Source: Bdellovibrionales bacterium (GTDB lineage: Bacteria > Bdellovibrionota > Bdellovibrionia > Bdellovibrionales > JAGQZY01). Taken from it: 64,000 nucleotides of DNA. The stretch covers positions 61,092 to 125,091 of the forward strand of contig JANPLN010000015.1 in NCBI GenBank assembly GCA_031426555.1, given 5' to 3'. The position numbers and the translations under genes were made by a program. Below are positions 22,777 to 30,272 of the stretch, in pieces. Every line of letters begins with the position of its first letter. Positions within the stretch are counted from its first letter, which is position 1. The notes below the pieces were generated by a model, which ran no database searches, had not been told where the DNA came from, and was given only the letters and a program-made list of their open reading frames with translations.

Positions 22777-24099
22777 ATGTTCAAAAATTTTCTTCTGATT
22801 TTAATTACAACGATCGCACTCGCATCCGTAACAGGATGTAGCTTATTCAGTTCAGACTCTGAAGAGCAAGACACCGCAGTGGCGGAAGAGGAAGTCGGCG
22901 AAGACGTCGGTGAAGATATCGGCGAGGATGTCGAGGGTACGACGGAGGAAACCGCTTCGACCGATGAAGAGGCTACGACAGAAACCGCTTCGACAGACGA
23001 AGAAGATGAAGAAGAAGTTGTCGACGAATATCCAGATGACGACTACGGCGACGAGGAAGAAACCGCAGTTGCGAAGGACGATGAATTCGAAAAGCCACAA
23101 AAAGAGGAAGAAACTCTTTACGTAGATCGTTCTGAAGAAACTCCAGCTGAAGAACCATCAACATACAGTGAATCCACAGAACCAATTCAAGATAGTTACG
23201 ATGGTGGTGGAAGCACGAGCGGAATGGTTTCCGTTAAGAAAATGAAGAAAACGCCCTATATGTCGAATGGTGTTCTTATCAATCGCCTTTACATTGCCCG
23301 TGACGGAGAGAGTCTTCGCACTGTAGCCGAAAAAGTTTACGGCGACGGATCACGCTCGAAAGATCTCGTCAGTTGGAATTCAAACTTCCGTGGAAAAGAT
23401 CTTAAGGTCGGCGACAAAGTTTATTATAGCTCTGCCCGCAATCCACAAGACAACTCAGCGATTCTTCTTTACTACGAAGAGGCGGGAGTTCAACCGTCGT
23501 ATCACACAGCAAAAAGCGGCGAGAGCATTCGCCGAGTGTCGCAAAAACTTTTAGGTCACGAAAGCAGCTGGAAAGAAGTGTGGGCCACAAACGATGTGGA
23601 ATCCAAATGGGAAATGCCTGAAGGAACACAATTAAGATACTGGCCAGCGGGATCCGTGGGCGCCCCTGTGCAAGCACAGGCGTCGGCAAAAGATTCGGCT
23701 CCAGAGCCAACACAACCCGAAGAAGAAGCAATGCCGGTGGAAGAAGCCACAACAACAGAGGTTGCTGCTAACGACGCTCCTCCAGTGGACGAATCACAGC
23801 CCATGGAAGAGCCGCCGCCAATGGATGACGGCGCCGCAGCTGGAATGGCGCAAAACGAAAACGCACCTCCGCCGCCACCGAGCGAAGCCACGCCTCCACC
23901 TCCGCCTCCACCAGAAGCTATTCCTACTCCCGAGGCCAACAACATGGCGCAAGAGGGAACAGAGGGTGGTGGATTATCCGATATGATGGGCGGCGAGAAC
24001 GACTCGATGATGATGGCCATCCTCGGAGGACTTCTCCTGTTGGCCGCAATGATACTCGTTGTGTTTATTCGCCGCGGTCGCAAAAAAGCCTACGGCTAA
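22777..24099 (+). CDS. Lipoprotein with acidic repeats, two LysM domains, a Pro-rich region and a C-terminal TM/basic tail
   Basis: Start trimmed to MFKNFLLILITTIALASVTGCS (lipobox). Two LysM-like segments are present (YIARDGESLRTVAEKVYG..., YHTAKSGESIRRVSQKLLG...). It contains PPPPPSEATPPPPPPP and ends ILGGLLLLAAMILVVFIRRGRKKAYG. Confidence 0.7.
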   Translation: MFKNFLLILITTIALASVTGCSLFSSDSEEQDTAVAEEEVGEDVGEDIGEDVEGTTEETASTDEEATTETASTDEEDEEEVVDEYPDDDYGDEEETAVAKDDEFEKPQKEEETLYVDRSEETPAEEPSTYSESTEPIQDSYDGGGSTSGMVSVKKMKKTPYMSNGVLINRLYIARDGESLRTVAEKVYGDGSRSKDLVSWNSNFRGKDLKVGDKVYYSSARNPQDNSAILLYYEEAGVQPSYHTAKSGESIRRVSQKLLGHESSWKEVWATNDVESKWEMPEGTQLRYWPAGSVGAPVQAQASAKDSAPEPTQPEEEAMPVEEATTTEVAANDAPPVDESQPMEEPPPMDDGAAAGMAQNENAPPPPPSEATPPPPPPPEAIPTPEANNMAQEGTEGGGLSDMMGGENDSMMMAILGGLLLLAAMILVVFIRRGRKKAYG

Positions 24100-24122
24100 T
24101 TAAGCCGCGCTTACTAATTGAA

Positions 24123-24141
24123 CTCGCAGTTAGGCTGCGAG
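24123..24141 (+). terminator. Hairpin after the LysM gene
   Basis: ctcgcag-ttagg-ctgcgag. A second hairpin with the same ttagg loop lies at 24154..24176 and overlaps the end of the convergent PilZ gene. Confidence 0.4.
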
Positions 24142-24162
24142 ATCTTTGATTGAAATTGGCGG

Positions 24163-24534
24163 TTAGGCCGCCAATTTTCCAAAAATGGAATTTAAAACTT
24201 CGCGTCGGGATTCACGGCGCGTTCTTACAAAGTAAATCAAATCGTCAATAATCTGCACGTCTTGATTGTTTTCAGGATTAAATTGGATTCCTGCACCTTT
24301 GGTATTTTTCCAAACGATGGCTGCTTGAAGCACGCGCTCCCGGCCGCTGACTTTAAAATGCAAATGAATTTGGTCGTTAATATCAAGGCCTTCGGGAATG
24401 TGCTCCAAAAAAGCTCCCGTTAAACTGATATTAAGTAGGCCGCCCTTACTGGATGATCTGGAATATGTTTTGCGAAATTCTATAGGTAATACAAGTGGAA
24501 CGCGTGGTGCCGGAGCGGTAACAACTTCAGACAT
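24163..24534 (-). CDS. PilZ domain protein
   Basis: 123 aa. It has an N-terminal R-rich segment followed by LLNISLTGAFLE, which fits the PilZ pattern (D/N)xSxxG. Confidence 0.65.
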   Translation of the reverse strand: MSEVVTAPAPRVPLVLPIEFRKTYSRSSSKGGLLNISLTGAFLEHIPEGLDINDQIHLHFKVSGRERVLQAAIVWKNTKGAGIQFNPENNQDVQIIDDLIYFVRTRRESRREVLNSIFGKLAA

Positions 24535-24809
24535 GTAATGACCTCCTGGTATATTCTCTCATCGGGATAAGGTTAGTAAAAAATTAAACAATCTGAGTCA
24601 CATTCAGGGTTTCTGGACGTAAAAGAGACAATAAGCGTATCAATTCGAGAAGTTAAGAGCAGCCGACTAAGAGTTTGACAATAAACCGTGGTTTAAGTTA
24701 CAAAAAAGAACAACCGATAGGCACGGGTCAAAAAAAGACAGAGCCCAGCAAAAAATAACTGCCCCCCAAAATCCATTAAATCAAAAGTAAAAATTCCGGA
24801 GAATAAAAT

Positions 24810-26564
24810 ATGTCAGATGAAAAGCCCCAGAACCCATCCGAGGCCCCAACAAAAGAACCTGTTAAAGCAAAAAAAGCGCCTGTGAATGAGATGGAGGACG
24901 TCGACTCCTTAGGTGACCTCGAAGATCATTCAATGACTGAGGAGCAAGAGAAAGCCGCCGGAAGCTCTGGAGGCGGCGCGGGAGCCGCGGGCGGTCAGCA
25001 CCGACGACGAGAAAATAGTGGCAGAGAACCAATGAACCGCGAACCGAGCAATCGCGACAATAAAAGCTTCAGCAATAATAATCGCAACAACAACAATAAT
25101 AACAACAACCGAAATCGCTTCAAAGACCGCAATAACAACAACAACAATAATAAAAACTGGAAACACAAAGATCGCGGCCCGGGCGGCGGACCAGGATTTC
25201 AAAAACCCTACGACGACGACGACTTTGGCCCAGCAGCCACAAGCCCCTCAACAGCCATCTCCGACGAAAAAGTGGATCTCTCAGATATCAATCTGACGGA
25301 GGATGAAAAAGCGGCGTTGAGCTCAAAAGGCCTAAAAACAAAACACATCGAAGAGATTCTAAAATTTGCCGCCAAGCTGAAGCTGGAAAATGCTGCAGGG
25401 ATGCGACGTCAAGATCTAGTCTTTGAAATTCTTAAGCGTGCCGCGCAGTTAGTGGATGTTTATGGAGACGGAGTTTTAGAAATCCTGCCTGATGGGTACG
25501 GCTTTTTACGCTCGCCCGATTATAATTATCTCCCAGGCCCAGATGATATTTATGTGAGTCCTTCGCAAATCCGTCGCTTTGGTTTGCGCACAGGGGACAC
25601 TGTCAGTGGAACCGTTCGCCCGCCTAAAGACGGGGAAAAATACTTTGCCCTACTCAAGGTCGAAGAGCTCAATCACGAACCGCCAGAGCGCTCTAAAGAC
25701 AAAATTCTCTTTGATAACCTCACCCCTCTTTACCCCGACAAACGCCTCAAGCTCGAGCACGACCCCGCCGACTTCACAACGCGGATCGTGGATTTGATGG
25801 CGCCATTAGGGATGGGTCAACGAGCCCTGATCGTGGCACCCCCACGAACTGGAAAAACAGTTCTTTTGCAAAACATTGCCAATGCAATTTCTAAAAATAA
25901 TCCCAATTGTAAACTTATCGTTCTGTTGATCGATGAACGTCCCGAAGAAGTGACGGACATGTCGAGAAACGTGCGCGGCGAAGTTGTGAGCTCGACGTTT
26001 GACGAACCACCAACTCGTCACGTGCAGGTTGCCGAAATGGTTTTAGAAAAAGCAAAACGACTGGTGGAGCACAAACACGATGTGGTCATTCTTTTAGATT
26101 CCATTACGCGTCTCGCACGGGCTTACAATACGGTGGTCCCGCCGTCTGGAAAGATTCTTTCCGGTGGTGTGGATTCCAACGCTCTCCATAAACCGAAGCG
26201 CTTTTTTGGAGCCGCTCGAAATATCGAAGAGGGTGGAAGCTTAACCATCATTGCCACAGCCCTGATCGATACGGGTTCGCGCATGGACGAAGTTATTTTC
26301 GAAGAATTTAAAGGAACAGGAAACTCCGAAATCCATCTGGATCGTAAGCTCATGGAAAAACGCATTTTCCCGTGTATGGACATCAATAAATCGGGCACTC
26401 GAAAAGAAGATCTTTTGATCGAAAAGGCCGACTTAAATCGCCTATGGATTTTGCGCAAGGTTTTAGCACCGATGAACGTTGTGGATAGCATGGAGTTTTT
26501 GACCGATAAAATGAAGGATTCCAAGACCAATTCCCAATTCTTATCCGGAATGGGCGGGGGATAG
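24810..26564 (+). CDS. rho: Transcription termination factor Rho with an approximately 174-aa low-complexity N-terminal extension
   Basis: The canonical Rho sequence starts near aa 175 ([31 protein letters not shown]). It has GYGFLR, the Walker A APPRTGKT and [10 protein letters not shown]. The extension contains 22 Asn in 36 residues. Confidence 0.95.
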   Translation: MSDEKPQNPSEAPTKEPVKAKKAPVNEMEDVDSLGDLEDHSMTEEQEKAAGSSGGGAGAAGGQHRRRENSGREPMNREPSNRDNKSFSNNNRNNNNNNNNRNRFKDRNNNNNNNKNWKHKDRGPGGGPGFQKPYDDDDFGPAATSPSTAISDEKVDLSDINLTEDEKAALSSKGLKTKHIEEILKFAAKLKLENAAGMRRQDLVFEILKRAAQLVDVYGDGVLEILPDGYGFLRSPDYNYLPGPDDIYVSPSQIRRFGLRTGDTVSGTVRPPKDGEKYFALLKVEELNHEPPERSKDKILFDNLTPLYPDKRLKLEHDPADFTTRIVDLMAPLGMGQRALIVAPPRTGKTVLLQNIANAISKNNPNCKLIVLLIDERPEEVTDMSRNVRGEVVSSTFDEPPTRHVQVAEMVLEKAKRLVEHKHDVVILLDSITRLARAYNTVVPPSGKILSGGVDSNALHKPKRFFGAARNIEEGGSLTIIATALIDTGSRMDEVIFEEFKGTGNSEIHLDRKLMEKRIFPCMDINKSGTRKEDLLIEKADLNRLWILRKVLAPMNVVDSMEFLTDKMKDSKTNSQFLSGMGGG

Positions 26565-26587
26565 CTAAACCCGTTAAAAAAGCTGCT

Positions 26588-26631
26588 TAGTGTTTGCGCA
26601 CCACTTATGGCTTAAAATTGCGCAAACACTA
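26588..26631 (+). terminator. 13-bp perfect inverted repeat downstream of rho
   Basis: tagtgtttgcgca ... tgcgcaaacacta with an 18-nt loop, 24 nt after the rho stop. The T-run after it is weak, so it could be an operator rather than a terminator. Confidence 0.4.
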
Positions 26632-26678
26632 CCCATAGTGTTTTAAAACCCGATAAAGGTCCAGATTTAGAGAATTGA

Positions 26679-26699
26679 TGTGGATAACTTTGTGGAATA
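26679..26699 (-). promoter_or_regulatory. Two adjacent DnaA-box-like 9-mers
   Basis: tgtggataa is the reverse complement of TTATCCACA and matches perfectly. tgtggaata follows 3 nt later and has 2 mismatches. Confidence 0.3.
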
Positions 26700-26823
26700 G
26701 TTTGATTTCTGTGCATATCCCCAGAAATTCCAAGAAATGCCAAAAAATGGCAGAAAAATAGGCTCGACCTTGATAAATACATGTGTTAATTAGCTAAGTT
26801 CTCGAGAAATGGAGTATTGCGTT

Positions 26824-27042
26824 ATGAAAGCAGAAATTCACCCAACTTATTATACTGAAGCAAAAGTCAGCTGTGTTTGTGGCAACACGTTCCTAACCGG
26901 TTCGGTTATGAAAGAGATCAACGTTGATATTTGCAGTGCATGTCACCCGTACTTTTCGGGCAAGCAAAAACTTGTTGATACAGAAGGCCGCGTAGAAAAA
27001 TTTAAAAAGAAATACGCAAGCTTCTACGACAAAAAGAAATAA
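26824..27042 (+). CDS. rpmE: 50S ribosomal protein L31 (Zn-binding type)
   Basis: Begins [10 protein letters not shown]. It has the Cys pairs CVCGN and [10 protein letters not shown]. Confidence 0.9.
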   Translation: MKAEIHPTYYTEAKVSCVCGNTFLTGSVMKEINVDICSACHPYFSGKQKLVDTEGRVEKFKKKYASFYDKKK

Positions 27043-27057
27043 CTTTAGTTTCTTTGC

Positions 27058-28140
27058 ATGCTTTTTAACAAACTCGACGAGTTGGTGCAAAAGCACGAGT
27101 CGATAAACCACCAACTTCAGAATCCCAGCATAGCAGCTCAGCAAGATAAATTTCGTCAGTTGATGAAAGAGCACGCTGAGCTCGATAAGATCGTTAAGGT
27201 TTATCAAGAGTATAAAACTCTCACACGAAATCTTGAAGAAAACAAAATCCTGCTCACGACGGAGTCCGATGAGGATCTTCGCCAAATGGCCAAAGAAGAC
27301 ATCTCTGCCATCGAGCCGCGCATTGAGCCCCTTGCAGAGCAGCTAAAACTTCTTCTGTTACCTAAAGATCCCAACGACGATAAAAATATTCTTCTCGAAA
27401 TCCGCGCCGGAGCGGGGGGAGATGAGGCCAGTCTTTTTGCCGAAGAACTCTTTCGCTCCTACGGCTACTTTGCGCAACAGCACGGGTGGTCTGTCGAAGT
27501 TCTTTCCATTTCGCAAGGAAACGTGGGTGGCTACAAAGAAGTGATTGCCATGATCACCGGTGAAAAAGTTTATTCCACGATGAAATACGAAAGCGGCGTG
27601 CACCGCGTGCAGCGGGTGCCTAAAACCGAGTCCCAGGGCCGCGTTCACACGTCTACCATTACTGTGGCAGTGATTCCCGAAGCGGAAGATGTGGAAGTGA
27701 AAGTGAATCCAAACGACGTTCGCATCGAAACCATGCGCGCCAGTGGCGCGGGCGGACAGCACGTTAACAAAACCGACTCCGCCGTTCGCCTCACACATAT
27801 TCCGTCGGGCATTGTGGTATACTGTCAGGAAGGCCGCTCTCAGCACGCCAACCGCGACACCGCTTTTAAGATTCTTTACTCGCGTTTAAAAGCCCAAGAG
27901 GACGAGCGCGTGATCAAAGAGGCTTCGGATGCGAGGCTTGCGCAGATCGGAACGGGTGATCGCTCCGAGCGCATTCGCACGTATAATTTTCCCCAATCTC
28001 GCGTTACCGATCATCGTATCGGTTTAACAACTCACAACATCAACGGCATCATGAATGGCGAGTTAAATCCCATCATTCAGCCGCTGATGACCCACTACCA
28101 AACGGAAGCTCTCAAGGCGCAAGAAAATGCGTCTCGCTGA
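27058..28140 (+). CDS. prfA: Peptide chain release factor 1
   Basis: It has the GGQ motif (SGAGGQHVNKTDSAV) and an RF1-type PxT tripeptide (PKT). Confidence 0.97.
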   Translation: MLFNKLDELVQKHESINHQLQNPSIAAQQDKFRQLMKEHAELDKIVKVYQEYKTLTRNLEENKILLTTESDEDLRQMAKEDISAIEPRIEPLAEQLKLLLLPKDPNDDKNILLEIRAGAGGDEASLFAEELFRSYGYFAQQHGWSVEVLSISQGNVGGYKEVIAMITGEKVYSTMKYESGVHRVQRVPKTESQGRVHTSTITVAVIPEAEDVEVKVNPNDVRIETMRASGAGGQHVNKTDSAVRLTHIPSGIVVYCQEGRSQHANRDTAFKILYSRLKAQEDERVIKEASDARLAQIGTGDRSERIRTYNFPQSRVTDHRIGLTTHNINGIMNGELNPIIQPLMTHYQTEALKAQENASR

Positions 28141-28981
28141 GACGACCGAAAAAATCACTGAACTTTTTAAGCAACACTCTTTGGCCAACGCTGCGAAAGA
28201 GGCTGAATTTTTTATGCGTGAGGTTCTCAACATCTCTTTGACGGATTTTGTTTTGCAAAAAAACAAAGTTCTTTCGTCGGAAGACACGGCCGAGCTTTTC
28301 GCCAAAGCAAAACGCCGCGCCAGCGGTGAACCGCTCGCGTACATTGTGGGCTACAAAGATTTTCTCAAAGATCGATTTATGGTGAATCCCTCTGTGCTTA
28401 TTCCCAGGGCGGACACCGAAACACTTGTGGAGGAGGCCTTGCTCCTTTCGCCAACACCCCTGCGATTTGCCGACTTGGGCACTGGCAGTGGCTGTATTGG
28501 TTTGTCGCTGCTCGGTCAGTGGCCAGCGAGTCACCTCACAGCCATTGATATTTCGGAAAATGCGATTTTGGTGGCACAACAAAACGCTCAACGGCTCGGA
28601 CTTACGGAGCGGGTGGAATTTATGTGCGGTGATGTGCTCGAGCCAAAGATTTCGGGTCTAATTTCTGGCCCTTTCGATTTGGTAGTGAGCAATCCTCCCT
28701 ATGTGACTCTTGACGACAATCGACTTGAAAACGCCGTGAAACTTTACGAACCCCACGTCGCGCTTTATGCCGATGAAGAGGGGTTGTTTTTTTATAAACG
28801 GTGGACAGCTTGGGCCAAGCAGCGTCTTCGCGAGGGTGGTTGGCTGATCTACGAGTGTGGCGATGGTCAGACTGAAGATATTCAAAGCATTTGTTTGCAA
28901 AATGGCTTTAAAAACATAAAAATTATCAAAGACCTCGCGTGCAAAGACAGAGTGGTCGCAGCGCAAAAGCCCGATAGATAA
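28127..28981 (+). CDS. prmC: Release-factor glutamine N5-methyltransferase
   Basis: It has the SAM-binding motif DLGTGSG and the NPPY motif (VSNPPYV). It overlaps prfA by 14 nt. Confidence 0.9.
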   Translation: MRLAETTEKITELFKQHSLANAAKEAEFFMREVLNISLTDFVLQKNKVLSSEDTAELFAKAKRRASGEPLAYIVGYKDFLKDRFMVNPSVLIPRADTETLVEEALLLSPTPLRFADLGTGSGCIGLSLLGQWPASHLTAIDISENAILVAQQNAQRLGLTERVEFMCGDVLEPKISGLISGPFDLVVSNPPYVTLDDNRLENAVKLYEPHVALYADEEGLFFYKRWTAWAKQRLREGGWLIYECGDGQTEDIQSICLQNGFKNIKIIKDLACKDRVVAAQKPDR

Positions 28982-29007
28982 TTCCGACGGCTCAACAAGG
29001 AGTGCTC

Positions 29008-30264
29008 ATGGATAAAATGAACGTTGTTAGTGGAGTGGCCCTCAAGGGTGAAGTGACAGTGAGTGGAGCAAAAAACTCTGTTCTTGCTCTGGTGTTCGCA
29101 AGCCTACTAGCACCGGGGAGACATCGTCTTTCAAATGTGCCGGCCCTTAAAGATATCGAGTCGGCAAATGCCCTCTTAAAATCCTTGGGCTGCGATGTGG
29201 AATTTGCCAATAACGAGTTGATAATTCAGGTGCCCGAAATTTTAAAATATCATGCGGATTACGAAATCGTACGAAAAATGCGTGCGAGCATTTTGTGCTT
29301 AGGACCGCTTTTAGCAAGAACCCAAAAAGCCGAAGTCAGTTTGCCCGGTGGTTGTGCTATTGGTGCGCGACCGATCAATCTTCACCTTGAGGCCATGAAA
29401 GCTTTGGGGGCCGAGCTCAAATTAGAGAGCGGGTATGTGATTGGCCACGCCAAAAAATTAAAAGGTGCACATATTACGTTTGATTTTGCCACCGTCGGTG
29501 GAACCGAAAACGCCATGATGGCAGCCTCCCTCAGCGAAGGCGAGACGGTGATCGAGAACGCCGCCAAAGAGCCCGAGATCGTCGATCTTGCCATGTATAT
29601 GCAAAAAATGGGTGCGAAGATTTCTGGAGCTGGAACCGGCACCATTACGATTCAAGGGGTTGAGCGTTTAAAGGCCGTGGAGCATGAAATCATCGCCGAT
29701 CGGGTAGAAGCGGGCACGCTGATTATTGCAGCGGCGATCACCGGCGGTGAAGTGAAGATTAAAAAATGCGATCCCCACCATCTTGAAACGTTTTTAAAAA
29801 AACTAAAAGAAGCTGGCATTCGCATGACCATCGAAAAAGATTCGGTGACGGTTTTGCCAACCAGTTCTTTTAAGTGCGTGGACATCACCACGGGCCCCCA
29901 CCCCGGGTTTCCCACGGATCTGCAAGCGCAATACATGGTTTTGATGACTCAAGGGCAAGGTGCCAGCGTCATTAAGGAAACTATTTTCGAAAATCGCTTT
30001 ATGCACGTGCAAGAGCTCACGCGAATGGGCGCCCACGTGACAATTTCCACCAACACAGCAACGGTCCACGGAGAGCCGGGCAGTTTGATGGGCGCTCCCG
30101 TCATGGCCACTGACCTTAGGGCCAGTGCGTGCCTGGTACTTGCAGGTTTAGTCGCCAAAGGCGAAACCACCGTGAGTCGTATTTATCACCTGGACCGTGG
30201 CTACGAGAAACTTGAAGATAAACTCGCAAAATTAGGTGCCAGAATTCGTCGAATTAAAGAATAA
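29008..30264 (+). CDS. murA: UDP-N-acetylglucosamine 1-carboxyvinyltransferase
   Basis: It contains VSGAKNSVL and the active-site Cys context LPGGCAIGARPI. Full length is about 418 aa. Confidence 0.95.
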   Translation: MDKMNVVSGVALKGEVTVSGAKNSVLALVFASLLAPGRHRLSNVPALKDIESANALLKSLGCDVEFANNELIIQVPEILKYHADYEIVRKMRASILCLGPLLARTQKAEVSLPGGCAIGARPINLHLEAMKALGAELKLESGYVIGHAKKLKGAHITFDFATVGGTENAMMAASLSEGETVIENAAKEPEIVDLAMYMQKMGAKISGAGTGTITIQGVERLKAVEHEIIADRVEAGTLIIAAAITGGEVKIKKCDPHHLETFLKKLKEAGIRMTIEKDSVTVLPTSSFKCVDITTGPHPGFPTDLQAQYMVLMTQGQGASVIKETIFENRFMHVQELTRMGAHVTISTNTATVHGEPGSLMGAPVMATDLRASACLVLAGLVAKGETTVSRIYHLDRGYEKLEDKLAKLGARIRRIKE

Positions 30265-30272
30265 TAAAGCCT

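Noticed and set aside
23556-24083. 175-aa Gly-rich ORF antisense to the LysM gene, and other antisense ORFs in 22852..23755.
   Set aside because: They mirror the Pro/Glu-rich coding repeats of the plus-strand gene. They are an artefact of the composition.
24930-25202. 90-aa ORF (IIVVVV-rich) antisense to the rho N-terminal extension.
   Set aside because: It is the reverse complement of the AAC/AAT codon run. No independent support exists.
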